Below are positions 1 through 9,787 of a stretch of 32,000 nt of DNA, in pieces. The notes under the pieces were generated by a model, which made no database searches, was not told where the DNA came from, and worked only from the letters and a program-made list of their open reading frames with translations. Made by a program: the position numbers and the translations under genes. Position 1 is the first letter of the stretch. Each line of letters opens with the position of its first letter. Source of the DNA: Kiritimatiella glycovorans (lineage in GTDB: Bacteria; Verrucomicrobiota; Kiritimatiellia; Kiritimatiellales; Kiritimatiellaceae); assembly GCF_001017655.1 (NCBI RefSeq), contig NZ_CP010904.1, positions 1,680,001 through 1,712,000 of the forward strand, in the 5' to 3' direction.

Positions 1-35
1 CGCCCATAGAGATTCAGGCGGACTCCCTTCCCGCG

Positions 36-3000
36 CTATTCGCGCGCATCCTCGGCGTAACGGTGAAAAAGGTCTGCCGTGATGGCCACGGGATCGCCCG
101 ACGGTTCGGTCGGGAACGGGTTACGCCTGCGACACCAGGCGGCCTCGAATTCGACCATATGCCGTTTTGCGGCGGCGCGATCGAAGGAGGCCCCCTCCGG
201 CTGCGCGCGGAGATACTCCACAAACCGCTCCCATCGGGGGATATAGTAGTCGGATATCAGCCCCTGCCAGTGCCGGTAGGCGTAATCGCGAATATTCCTC
301 TTTTCGCTGCCCCAGAGGGTAATGATGTTCCGGGCGTTGTATTCGTAGAGATCGGCGTCGTCGGGGTTGTCGGCGCGAGCACGGGCGGCGGCGATCCAGC
401 GTCCGAGCAGAAACTCGTCCTGCGTCCCGATCAGACGTTCGACCTCCTCCATCTGCCGCCGGAACTCCCGAAACCGGGCCTCCATCCCGGCCCGATCGCC
501 GTCTTCCCACGCCGCATGCATCGCCTGGACAACGTCGTGATTGCGGGCGGACATCAGGTCGCGCATGAGGCCGACGAGATCGAATTCATACTGCGGGTTT
601 CCGGCGAGTTCCTTGCGGCAACCGAGCAACAGGGAAAGGGCGGTCCCGGCCAGTGCGCGTTCGCGAGGCTCAAGCGGCTGACCCCAGAACGTGCCCTCGG
701 CCCACACACGGTCGGGGGCGTGAACCATCGGATCGAACGGAGCCCCGCGATCGAAGAGCGTCTCGCCGAGCAGCCGCCATGCCTCGCGAGCTTTGTCCAG
801 TTTTCGTCCGTAGCGCGTGTCGGCGTACTGCCGGTACGTCTCATCCCGGTCGGGCACCTCGTCGCGCCAGTTCATCATCTCCATCATGACCGCGAAGTAC
901 GCCGGCGTCGTGCTGAGCCCCTCCCCCGTGTACGCCGTGCCGCGCAGTCCCCGCGTCGCCGGACTGTCGAGAAGCTGGTGAAGCCGCGGCGCATTCTTAA
1001 ACGCGTGGCCGTGAAACCCGGTCTTGTTGCCGAAGTCGTGGACCGTGCTCCACAGCCAGGGATGACCGTTAAACCAGTCGAGTTCGACGGCCTTGCTTCC
1101 GCGCGACATATCGAGCACGAGCATCCTGTTCTGCGGCACCCCCCCGAACAGCGCCGCCCGCTGCGGCGCCTGCCAGAACGCGCCACGCCACTTGCCGTGG
1201 AACATCCACCCCTGGATCACCCAGACCGCATCGGGATTGTCCGCGCTCAGCCCCCCGTAGACGTTGCGCGACAAAGACTCCAGGTATGCGGGATCCTCGG
1301 TCGGCGGGATCGTCTCGATAAAGAGATCGACGGCGTAGTAGTCGGTCGGCCCGAACTGATCGTGGAGCAATTCGACGAACCGTTCCCCCATCGCCCGGAA
1401 TCGCGGGCTGGTCGGATCCAGGACCGAGACGTTCGGCGTCGGGCCGTACCATTGCACCGTGCCGGTCTCCACCCCGTGGCGTTCGCCGAAATCGGAGGGA
1501 ACGTGGCCGTTGAAGGCCGGGTAGACCGGGATCATGTTCAGTTCGCGCATCCGCGCGACGGTCTTCTTCTGCAGTTCGACACGCCCTTCGATCCATCCCT
1601 CCGGCATCGGACCGCCAAACCCGTCCATCTTCATCATGAAGGTCCACGGAAGATACGCCGGGCCGCCGAGAAAGGTCCGCGCCTCCTCGTCGCTGTACCC
1701 CTGCTCCATCAGCACTTCACGCCAGACCCATTCGTTCCCGGCGGGCGCGAGGGCCATATTCACCCCGTTCATCGCCAGCCAGTCGAGCAGCCGCTCGGTC
1801 CGGTCCCAGTCGTACCAGGGCAGGTCGTATCCGAAGGTGCAGAAGTTGAAAAACCAGCGCAGCTCGCCGTTGCTCACGTGCCGGATCTTCTCCGGCACGG
1901 GCGGGATCACCTCAGGCAGGGTGATCGTTTCGACGCGCCAGTCGGTCTCTTCGTGGGCGATATGGCGCAGATACCAGTTCAGCGCGGAGGCCATCGCCAC
2001 ACCGCTCGATCCGCGCAGGACCACGGTGTCGCCGTCGCTCTCGAGTTCAAACACGTCCTTTCCGCCCTCCCGAGGCAACCCTTCGAAGCGAAAGCGGTCG
2101 CCGGGATTCTCGACCACGCGATCCAGCAGGGCGCGGGCGGCGGCCGCGCAGCGCGCGGGATCAGCGGCAGGCAGTGGGAGCGGAGCCGGCCCGGCTGTTT
2201 CGTGATCCACTGCGGGGTCGAGCGACGAGAGATCCAGCGTCCCCTCCCCGCCCGTGAGCTGCTCGGGGCTCTCCGCGTCCTGTTTATGCATCGCCTCGAG
2301 ATCGGCTTCGTCTCCTTCTCCCGTCACGACCGCCGCCCTCCAGCCCGCGATCAGCTTCGCCCTCATCCGCGCACACCGTTCCGCGTATTCGGGCCGATCG
2401 GCCAGGTTGACGTGTTCGCCCGGATCGCTCTTCAGGTCGTACAGTTCCACCTCCGCGATGCGTTCGGGATCGAGGTCGGGCGCCAGCTCGTTGCGGTTCA
2501 GGTTGTCCTGTTCGATCCACAGCACGTAACGATAACGATCCGTTCGAATCGCATAGCCATTGCCTTTGAACCGGGTGCCATCGGCTTTGACCACGCCCGG
2601 GCGCTGGCGTCCGCACAACGTGAAGATCGCATCCTTGACCGGTTGCTCCGGATCTTCAAACAGCGGAGCCAGGCTGACCCCGTGCAGCCCGTCGGGCACG
2701 GGCAGGCCCGCCAGCTCGCAGAGCGTCGGATAGAGGTCGGCGGATTCCACCAGGGCCTCGCAGGTGCTTCCCGCTCCGATCGTTCCGGGAAGGGCGATGA
2801 TCAGCGGGATGCGCGTATCGATCTCGTAGTTGGTGTATTTGCTGAAGGCGTGGTGTTCACCGAGTTTGAATCCGTGATCGCTCCAGAGGACGACGAGGGT
2901 GTTTTCGCGCAGTCCGAGCCGGTCGAGTTGTTCGAGCAGCCTCCCGATCAGCGCGTCGTCGTAACTCACACAGGCGCGATAGGCCCGGAGCAGCCGTTTC

Positions 3001-3839
3001 ATCGTCCGGTCATTTTCGAGCAGATCGCCGATCCCCGTATACTGCCCCGTCTCGTTTTTCGGAATGATCGTCAGCGGATCCGTGTTCCGGGGATGATGAC
3101 GTTCCGCCGGTAACTGCAGCGCGTCTTCGGGATAAAGGTCCCAATACTTATCCGGAGCGACAAACGGGAGGTGCGTGCCCATGAATCCCACGGCGAGGAA
3201 GAAGGGCTGCCGATCCTTCATCTCGCTCAGGCGGCGTACCGCCCGCGCCGCGATCTGTCCGTCGCGCGGCACCTCGTCGGCGACCTCCGGACGATCCGTC
3301 GCCGCCGCGCGGACGATATGATTCGTCCACTGCGCGACCGGAAGGCCGCCCAGTTTCGGCGCGATCCGCGTGGAAAAGATGCGTTCGGCCTCCGCCACCC
3401 CTTCGGGGGAAAAGTACATCTGCGGCGGCGGATACCACGCCGGGACCGACCACGACTCGGGGTTGTTCAAACTGGTACGATCAATCTCCGGCGCAAAGGT
3501 GCCGTGGTAGACTTTGCCCATCGATTCGCAAAAGTACCCGTGCGATTTGAAATACTCGGGGAGGTCCTCACCCCCCGGACGCGGGGGATGCTGCGGCCGC
3601 ACACCGGTCAGAAGGCACTGACGGGAGGGACCACAGACCGAATAATGACAGAAGGCGCGATCGAATCGCATCCCGGACTCCGCGAGCGCGTCGATGTTCG
3701 GCGTATGCATTTCCGGTACGCCGTAACACCCCAGCTCGGTCCGCAAATCATCGACCGCGATAAACAATACATTCGGCCGGTCCGCCCATACAGCCGCATG
3801 GACCGCGAGTAACAAAGCCAGTGCCATACCTTTCAACAT
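36..3839 (-). CDS. Secreted bifunctional enzyme: N-terminal Cys-type sulfatase (iduronate-2-sulfatase-like) fused to C-terminal alpha-N-acetylglucosaminidase (GH89 / NAGLU-like)
   Basis: 1267-aa ORF with ATG at 3839 and signal peptide MLKGMALALLLAVHAAVWA. Sulfatase N-terminus PNVLFIAVDDLRTELGCYG and formylglycine signature SVCGPSRQCLLTG (C-x-P-S-R). An acidic/Pro-rich linker at about aa 505-560 is followed by NAGLU-type sequence (AAARALLDRVV..FRFEGL, ALNWYLRH, VQWYGPT, VIQGWMFHGKW) running to the C-terminus. Confidence 0.85.
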   Translation of the reverse strand: MLKGMALALLLAVHAAVWADRPNVLFIAVDDLRTELGCYGVPEMHTPNIDALAESGMRFDRAFCHYSVCGPSRQCLLTGVRPQHPPRPGGEDLPEYFKSHGYFCESMGKVYHGTFAPEIDRTSLNNPESWSVPAWYPPPQMYFSPEGVAEAERIFSTRIAPKLGGLPVAQWTNHIVRAAATDRPEVADEVPRDGQIAARAVRRLSEMKDRQPFFLAVGFMGTHLPFVAPDKYWDLYPEDALQLPAERHHPRNTDPLTIIPKNETGQYTGIGDLLENDRTMKRLLRAYRACVSYDDALIGRLLEQLDRLGLRENTLVVLWSDHGFKLGEHHAFSKYTNYEIDTRIPLIIALPGTIGAGSTCEALVESADLYPTLCELAGLPVPDGLHGVSLAPLFEDPEQPVKDAIFTLCGRQRPGVVKADGTRFKGNGYAIRTDRYRYVLWIEQDNLNRNELAPDLDPERIAEVELYDLKSDPGEHVNLADRPEYAERCARMRAKLIAGWRAAVVTGEGDEADLEAMHKQDAESPEQLTGGEGTLDLSSLDPAVDHETAGPAPLPLPAADPARCAAAARALLDRVVENPGDRFRFEGLPREGGKDVFELESDGDTVVLRGSSGVAMASALNWYLRHIAHEETDWRVETITLPEVIPPVPEKIRHVSNGELRWFFNFCTFGYDLPWYDWDRTERLLDWLAMNGVNMALAPAGNEWVWREVLMEQGYSDEEARTFLGGPAYLPWTFMMKMDGFGGPMPEGWIEGRVELQKKTVARMRELNMIPVYPAFNGHVPSDFGERHGVETGTVQWYGPTPNVSVLDPTSPRFRAMGERFVELLHDQFGPTDYYAVDLFIETIPPTEDPAYLESLSRNVYGGLSADNPDAVWVIQGWMFHGKWRGAFWQAPQRAALFGGVPQNRMLVLDMSRGSKAVELDWFNGHPWLWSTVHDFGNKTGFHGHAFKNAPRLHQLLDSPATRGLRGTAYTGEGLSTTPAYFAVMMEMMNWRDEVPDRDETYRQYADTRYGRKLDKAREAWRLLGETLFDRGAPFDPMVHAPDRVWAEGTFWGQPLEPRERALAGTALSLLLGCRKELAGNPQYEFDLVGLMRDLMSARNHDVVQAMHAAWEDGDRAGMEARFREFRRQMEEVERLIGTQDEFLLGRWIAAARARADNPDDADLYEYNARNIITLWGSEKRNIRDYAYRHWQGLISDYYIPRWERFVEYLRAQPEGASFDRAAAKRHMVEFEAAWCRRRNPFPTEPSGDPVAITADLFHRYAEDARE

Positions 3840-3861
3840 GACCGTTTCTCTTCCCGCCCGT

Positions 3862-6800
3862 TCAGGGCGTTTCCGTAGTGTTTATACGTTCGTCCCGATA
3901 GACCACGATCTCCGGTTCCGCCTCGAGCGACCACGTGCGCTCGAGGTCGTCGAGCCATGCCTGAGGCGCGCGATCCGCCATCCCGCCGACGTTGATCACG
4001 TGGGAGACCCGGGAGTTCCCGATCTGGACCCCGACCCCGCCGCTGCCGGCTCCGGGTCCGACGGTATGTTCGACGGACTGACCGGGCGTGATGAGAGCAA
4101 GGAGCAGGCCGTCGTCGCGGGTCTTGGCGGACCAGCGAACCCCGGCGCTCTTGATCTGGGCCCGGATCGCATCCGCCGCGCGGCCTACGGGCCCGGTCTT
4201 ACCGTCGCTGAATAGATAGCGGCCGGGCGTCGCGCGATCGGCGGCGAAATTATCGACGAGATCGTAATTCCAGTACCACCCGGTCGCGGGGATCATCGAG
4301 ACCCGCACCCATGGAACGCCGGCGAAGGCATCGATGATCTTCACCGCGCCGCTCTCCGTCGTCGCCCGCACCCGGACGAGCAAGGGACCGTCGGCCACAA
4401 GCTCAAGGTCATACGGCTCCACGCGCAGTTGCCGGCCGAGATCGGCAAACCCGGACCAAGCCGACTCGCCCGGATGCGTCAGATCGAGATGGTCGAGCTC
4501 CCTGACCTCCCAGCGATAGATATGGGCGCCCTCGGCGCCGATGAGGATCCGGATCAGGTCGTTTTCAATCCACACCCGGTCTTTCGTGATTTCGCTGCAT
4601 AACACCGCCCCCGGTGCGGAAACGGGAACCATGGCCTCCTCCCCGCAGTAGAGGTAATAGCTTCGGCAACTCTCTTCCGGCATACGCCCATCCACCCTGA
4701 ACACAAGGCGCGCGGAATCGTCCTGAAGCATCTGATGCGGGATGGGCCGCTGGGCGCCGCTCTCAGGATCGATCTCGTACAGGGTGGCGCCATTCATGCG
4801 AGGGACCATCGAGGCGTGCAGTTCCGTTTCGACGACATAGTCCTGCCTCGGGTTCTTTCCGCTGTGCACTTCGATTCCGAAGCGACGGGAGCATCCTTCC
4901 GCGGCCCACGTCGCCGAAGCAAACGGCGCGGCTGCCGTCTTGTAGACGGGCTCGGTATTGCGGACGCCGGGTTCTTCAATCTCCAGTCCGGCATCCCGGG
5001 GTGACGGAAGCGGTTCGCCCGATGCCAGCCCGTCGAGCGCGCGGGCAAAGCGCGCCACGAGGTCGTCGCAGGTCTCGAGCAGGCCGTCGAAGTGACCCAG
5101 CGGACGGCTGAGGGCGTATGGTTTGTTTTCGCGATGCCACAACGCGATGTACTCATCCTTCAGGGCCTGATGCCGGTCACGCAGGGCCTTGACCTGATCA
5201 CCCGCCGCGGCCACGAGATTCTGCGTCCGGTCACGCGGTACTCCCGGACGCGACGCCCGGCGATAAGCGTCGAGGGCATCCAGGAAGCCCAGATCGCGAT
5301 CGGCGATCAGCTGCATCCGTTTCGCTTCGTAGATAAAATAATCCAGCAGATCCGCGTTGCGCCTCGCATCGGATTGAGCCTGACGAAGATGATCGAGGGC
5401 CGGTTCGATCAGTCGTTTCAGGGCCCGGGCCTGACGGAGGGTGACCTCTTCACTCACCGTGCACTTCGTCGGCGCCAGATTCCAGAATCGCTTCTGATTC
5501 ATGCCCTCCATGCCGGCAAGGGCGTGGGTCTGCGCGAGGAGTTCGATCGCCTGCCCGAAGTGGTCGCCCGGTTCGCCAAAGAGCACACCGCCGGCGCGGC
5601 GATTGAAGGCGTCGAGCGGCGTAGTGGACGCGTTCCATGCACACTCTGCGCCCCAGAGGAGTCCGTGCCAGGTGACGGCGTTGAAGTTATCGCCCGTGTC
5701 GTCCCACGACGTATTGAGCATGCCCATCGCACCGTGTTCCACCCCGTCGCGCACGAAATTGCGGATATTGGTCGTCGCCACGCTGAGATCGGGGATCAGG
5801 CGCCGCCAGCCGCTCACACCGGGGCAGACGAAGAAATCGTAGCCCGACTCCGCGAAGGGGATGATCTGCTTATCGTAATTCGGCCACGCGCTATATGCCC
5901 AGGTCAGCATCACCGTGTCCTGAGGGATCTTGTCGAGTTGCTCGGGGTGTTTAAGGATGATGTCGCCCCACATCATCATCCGCTTTCCGTATTCCCCGCT
6001 GACCAGTTCGTGCACGCGGTTCATGTGGCGCGCGTAGACGGCGCCCGTGCCAAGCTTCTCCACCATGGCCTGAGCCGGGCCTTCTCCGAGGCCGCCGACC
6101 TCATCGCAGCAGACATTGAACAGCTCACAGTCCAGGTGCGGGATCTGATCGCCGAACAGGTCGTCGAGGAAGGTGTAGGTCTCCTCCTTCGCGGGCGTCA
6201 GTACGCGGTGGTTTTCGGCGAGATGGGCATACGCTTCGGACTGCACGATATGGCCCATGTGGCCGAACGCCTGCTGACAGCCCAGGATCTCGACCCCGCG
6301 TTCGGCGGCGTAGTCGACGAGGTGCGTCAACTCTTCGGGGGTGAACGAACCGTCTTCGGGGCCGATGTTCGGATGGCTCGGATAGGCGTACTGGTATTCG
6401 AGATAATAGGTAAAAAAGTTCTGTTTCGTAAGCTCCGCGAGATCGACCTCGCGTGTGAGGGTGTCCAGCTTTGGACTGGGACCGCGGGTGATGTCGTCCT
6501 GGAATCCGCGCCACTTTAGCGCCGGATAGTCGCGGATGCTCAGGGTGGGGATCCGGGTCCCACGGCGGTTCGCGTAGAGTAGCTGGCGCAACGTCTGGAC
6601 CCCGTGACGCAATCCCGCCATGCCGCGGCCTCGCACAACCGCCCCGGACGGCGTGACCTCCAGCGCATACGCCTCGTCACCGCCCTGTGACGGAAGCTCG
6701 AGCGCGAGATCCGCTCCCGCCTCGCCGACCACCAGAGTATAGGCCGGCATGGCGCCGTCGGTTTTCAGCGCAGGCCGCATCTCAAGTTCGCGCTCGAACT

Positions 6801-6996
6801 CCCGCACCAGGGATCGTCCCGCCCGCAACGTCGCCTCCTCGCCTGCGACCAGAAACCGGCACGCCGCGAGATCGCAGAGCCCCCCGGTTTCCTTCACCTC
6901 TCGCGGGAACGGGATCAACCGAAGCGGCAAATCTTCAGCCCCCGCCACCAACGCGATCATACACAGCACCACGCCCAATTTCATTTCCAACTTCAT
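3862..6996 (-). CDS. Large secreted GH20-family beta-N-acetylhexosaminidase-like protein with ~500-aa uncharacterised C-terminal region
   Basis: The ORF runs to 7056, but a signal peptide (MKLEMKLGVVLCMIALVAGA) begins at the ATG at 6996. GH20-type motifs IRDYPALKWRGFQDDITRG and FNVCCDEVGG (catalytic D-E pair). The stop lies 22 bp upstream of the start of the sulfatase-GH89 gene, so the two are likely co-transcribed. Confidence 0.75.
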   Translation of the reverse strand: MKLEMKLGVVLCMIALVAGAEDLPLRLIPFPREVKETGGLCDLAACRFLVAGEEATLRAGRSLVREFERELEMRPALKTDGAMPAYTLVVGEAGADLALELPSQGGDEAYALEVTPSGAVVRGRGMAGLRHGVQTLRQLLYANRRGTRIPTLSIRDYPALKWRGFQDDITRGPSPKLDTLTREVDLAELTKQNFFTYYLEYQYAYPSHPNIGPEDGSFTPEELTHLVDYAAERGVEILGCQQAFGHMGHIVQSEAYAHLAENHRVLTPAKEETYTFLDDLFGDQIPHLDCELFNVCCDEVGGLGEGPAQAMVEKLGTGAVYARHMNRVHELVSGEYGKRMMMWGDIILKHPEQLDKIPQDTVMLTWAYSAWPNYDKQIIPFAESGYDFFVCPGVSGWRRLIPDLSVATTNIRNFVRDGVEHGAMGMLNTSWDDTGDNFNAVTWHGLLWGAECAWNASTTPLDAFNRRAGGVLFGEPGDHFGQAIELLAQTHALAGMEGMNQKRFWNLAPTKCTVSEEVTLRQARALKRLIEPALDHLRQAQSDARRNADLLDYFIYEAKRMQLIADRDLGFLDALDAYRRASRPGVPRDRTQNLVAAAGDQVKALRDRHQALKDEYIALWHRENKPYALSRPLGHFDGLLETCDDLVARFARALDGLASGEPLPSPRDAGLEIEEPGVRNTEPVYKTAAAPFASATWAAEGCSRRFGIEVHSGKNPRQDYVVETELHASMVPRMNGATLYEIDPESGAQRPIPHQMLQDDSARLVFRVDGRMPEESCRSYYLYCGEEAMVPVSAPGAVLCSEITKDRVWIENDLIRILIGAEGAHIYRWEVRELDHLDLTHPGESAWSGFADLGRQLRVEPYDLELVADGPLLVRVRATTESGAVKIIDAFAGVPWVRVSMIPATGWYWNYDLVDNFAADRATPGRYLFSDGKTGPVGRAADAIRAQIKSAGVRWSAKTRDDGLLLALITPGQSVEHTVGPGAGSGGVGVQIGNSRVSHVINVGGMADRAPQAWLDDLERTWSLEAEPEIVVYRDERINTTETP

Positions 6997-7194
6997 ACCC
7001 GTCCTCCCGCCAAGACCCACTACGGGCCAGTAAAACTCCATCATATGTGCAAACAAAACAGATTTGGTTGTGCTTCGCGACTAATCTATTGATATTATCG
7101 ATCACGAGTACCGTTATTTCATTCAAGTAGGGAACACGACGCTTTCACAGCGCCTTTTCAGGCATCTCGCAGATCCCTGCGAAAGGAACGGGGC
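6997..7194. promoter_or_regulatory. Divergent intergenic control region between the GH20/sulfatase operon and the AraC regulator gene
   Basis: AT-rich stretch in an otherwise GC-rich context. It contains the small palindromes GATATTATC (7091-7099) and ATCGAT (7097-7102). Its position between divergent genes implies promoters, but no consensus promoter was confidently identified. Confidence 0.35.
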
Positions 7195-8061
7195 ATGGAC
7201 GTATCATCGAACCTCTGGGCGACGCTGGCGGAGGAGGGTTGCCGCGTATCGCTTCCGATCAATGAGTTCGAGGGATACGGGATCGACTCCGGACTGGTCG
7301 TACCGCAGAATCTGCTGCTGTTCGTGCGGACGCCGCGTCTGAGACCGGCGGATCGCAAGGCGGTGGCTCATCACCGCTTTGTCCTGATGATCGTGCTCAA
7401 GACCCCGGCGACGGTGATGGTTAACGAGCACAGCCTGTATCTGCCGGAAGGCGGGGCGTTGCTGATTCATCCGCATCAGCCGCACTACTATCTCATTCCG
7501 AGAGATCCTCTCGCATGGATGTTCATTACTTTTGATCTGCCGCAACCCGCGTATGGCCCGCTGCGCAACCGTCCGGTGGCCCTGGGCGAGGCCGAAGCGA
7601 TACAGATTCGAACGCTCTTCGATCTCTACGCGCGGCGTGGTGTGGGCTCCTGCGCGCTGTGCACGGCGGCACTGCTGCGGCAGATGGAGTTCAAGACGCG
7701 GGGCGGACCGCCGCCGGTGCGCGACGATAACGATCCGCGAACGCGGATCTGTCAGAAGATCAATTCGTATATTTACGATCATCTTGACGAACCGTTCTCC
7801 ATCGATGATCTGGCCCGCGACCTGGGCTATTCGCCGAGTCACCTGCGTCTCGTCTTCCGCGAGTCAATACATCTGCCGCTCGGCACCTTTATCCGGCAGA
7901 CCCGCATCCATCACGCTCAGGCCCTGTTGCGGGAAAGTGCTCTTTCGATCAAAGAAATCGGCTTCGCCTGCGGCTTCAGCTCCCCGTCCGCCTTCTGCCG
8001 CAGCTTTCAGCGTGAGGTCGGTGTAAGCCCCCGGGCGTTCAGACAGCGTCAGCGAAAGTAG
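7195..8061 (+). CDS. AraC/XylS-family transcriptional regulator
   Basis: 288 aa. The C-terminal double helix-turn-helix is typical of AraC: FSIDDLARDLGYSPSHLRLVFRE ... IKEIGFACGFSSPSAFCRSFQREVGVSPRAFRQ. The N-terminal region looks like a cupin-type ligand-binding domain. Confidence 0.85.
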   Translation: MDVSSNLWATLAEEGCRVSLPINEFEGYGIDSGLVVPQNLLLFVRTPRLRPADRKAVAHHRFVLMIVLKTPATVMVNEHSLYLPEGGALLIHPHQPHYYLIPRDPLAWMFITFDLPQPAYGPLRNRPVALGEAEAIQIRTLFDLYARRGVGSCALCTAALLRQMEFKTRGGPPPVRDDNDPRTRICQKINSYIYDHLDEPFSIDDLARDLGYSPSHLRLVFRESIHLPLGTFIRQTRIHHAQALLRESALSIKEIGFACGFSSPSAFCRSFQREVGVSPRAFRQRQRK

Positions 8062-8219
8062 CCCCGGGCTCCAGGAAAGATCCCGATGACCGCATGGAGG
8101 GTCGGCTTACACGCCGACCCCAAAAGAGGACGGGGTGGAACCCGTCTCTCCAACGCCCTGATCTTGAATCGGCCCGATCGATCGGGCACGATCCTGTTCC
8201 TAATGAAAGGAGCGTCGTC

Positions 8220-9626
8220 ATGGGATGTACACGGACGGATTTTCTTCGATCTCTCTGCGCGGGAACCCTTGGAGCTGCCGCCGGTCCGGCCCTTGCCCAA
8301 TCGAGCCCGGATGCGCCGAACATCATTCTCTTCCTGATGGACGATCAGGCGTGGGCGGGGACCTCGCTGGTGATGGACCGCTACCGGCCGGAGTCGAACA
8401 GCGATTTTTTCCGCACGCCGAACCTGGAGTCGCTGGGGCGTCAGGGCATGACCTTCAGCTTTGCTTACGCCGCCGCGCCGATGTGCGGTCCGAGCCGGGC
8501 ATCGATTCAATACGGCCAGTCGCCGGCTAAACTCCTGCACACCGGCAACACCGACGCCGGCCGCTGCCGGGGAGGAACGGGTCTGGCCCAGGCCCTGAAG
8601 GCGGCGCGTCCGGAGTACCGCGCCGCGCATTTCGGCAAGTGGCATGTCTTTGAAGAACCGGGTGCTCTGGGCTACGACGAGCACGACGGCCGCACCGGCA
8701 ACGAATCGCAGACGGGGCCTGAGGACGATCCGAAACGGGTGCGTGAAATCACGAATAAGGCCGTCGACTTTATGAATCGCCAGGTGGAGGCGGGTCATCC
8801 CTTTTTCCTGCAGGTCTCCCAATACGCCGTCCATACGCCCATCCGCGCGCGAAAAGACCTTGCGGAGAAATGGGAGGCGAGGCCGGGAGGCACCTGTCAC
8901 GACGGAGCGACTTATGCGGCCCTGACCGAGGAAGCCGACCTGTCGCTGGGCGCCATCCTGACCCGCGTCCGCGAGCTGGGGATCGAAGACAGCACGTACA
9001 TCATCTACACCTCCGACAACGGCGGGTCGGTACTGCAACCCGATCACGAAGGCGTGCCGGAAGAGATCAACCGCCCCCTGAGCGGGGGCAAACTCTACCT
9101 CTCCGAGGGCGGTCTGCGCGTACCGCTGGTGATCAAAGGGCCGGGGATCGTGCCGCGCGGATACACGTACATGCCCGCCGTAGGCCACGACCTCTACCCC
9201 ACGGTGCTCGACATGGCGGGCGTTTCATCCGTCCCGCCGGAGGTCGAGGGTGGAAGCCTGCTTCCGGTCTGCACGACCCCGGGCGAGGTCCCGGTGAATC
9301 GGCCGCGGGAGGGCCTCGTCTGGCACTTCCCGAACCCGCATGTCAATTACAAGAAGTGGCGCGCGGAATCGTCGGTTCTGTGGGAGGACTGGAAACTGAT
9401 TAAAATCTGGGACACCGGCGAGCGACGGCTCTTCAATCTCGTCACCGACCCCTACGAGGAATACAACCTCGCCGCCCAGTTCCCCTCGCGCGCCGACGAG
9501 CTGGAACAGAAACTCTCCGCGTATCTTAAATCCGTAGACGCCGCCCCGCCCGCGCCGGATCCTTCGCTGCGACGGAGGGCGATCGAGTTCTGGAACGAGG
9601 CGATGCTGAAGCGGCACGGGGGATGA
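8220..9626 (+). CDS. Secreted Cys-type sulfatase (arylsulfatase family)
   Basis: ATG at 8220 is preceded by aaaggag (8206-8212). Signal-like N-terminus MGCTRTDFLRSLCAGTLGAAAGPALAQ, then PNIILFLMDDQAWAG and the sulfatase signature PMCGPSRASIQYG. The longer ORF from 8094 has an implausible basic N-terminal extension. Confidence 0.85.
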   Translation: MGCTRTDFLRSLCAGTLGAAAGPALAQSSPDAPNIILFLMDDQAWAGTSLVMDRYRPESNSDFFRTPNLESLGRQGMTFSFAYAAAPMCGPSRASIQYGQSPAKLLHTGNTDAGRCRGGTGLAQALKAARPEYRAAHFGKWHVFEEPGALGYDEHDGRTGNESQTGPEDDPKRVREITNKAVDFMNRQVEAGHPFFLQVSQYAVHTPIRARKDLAEKWEARPGGTCHDGATYAALTEEADLSLGAILTRVRELGIEDSTYIIYTSDNGGSVLQPDHEGVPEEINRPLSGGKLYLSEGGLRVPLVIKGPGIVPRGYTYMPAVGHDLYPTVLDMAGVSSVPPEVEGGSLLPVCTTPGEVPVNRPREGLVWHFPNPHVNYKKWRAESSVLWEDWKLIKIWDTGERRLFNLVTDPYEEYNLAAQFPSRADELEQKLSAYLKSVDAAPPAPDPSLRRRAIEFWNEAMLKRHGG

Positions 9627-9688
9627 GGGGGAGGCCCTGTCTGCCGGACCGAAGACCCGTCCCGCACGGTGCGGCGCGGTCGATTACG

Positions 9689-9708
9689 CTCCGCGGATGA
9701 ACGCGGAG
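9689..9708 (+). terminator. Possible stem-loop downstream of the sulfatase gene
   Basis: Perfect 7-bp inverted repeat ctccgcg-gatgaa-cgcggag. No U-tract follows it, so terminator function is uncertain. Confidence 0.2.
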
Positions 9709-9787
9709 CAGAGGAGAGAGGCGTAACCGCTTGGTGTTCCCCTGCACGGCTGTTAGTCTGCCGCTTCACCTTGAGCCGGAGCGGGGC

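Noticed and set aside
63-3113. 1016-aa ORF on the plus strand opposite the sulfatase-GH89 gene
   Set aside because: This is a shadow ORF, typical of high-GC DNA. It is very Arg/Pro/Gly/Ala-rich with no recognisable motifs, while the minus-strand frame has clear sulfatase and NAGLU signatures.
8094-8219. Longer N-terminus for the second sulfatase (ORF-track start at 8094), and similarly 7056 for GH20, 9731 for GT39, 11547 for TlpA, 12825 for DeoR and 22909 for VapB
   Set aside because: Internal ATGs are preceded by Shine-Dalgarno-like sequences and immediately give signal peptides or family-typical N-termini. The extensions are compositionally atypical.
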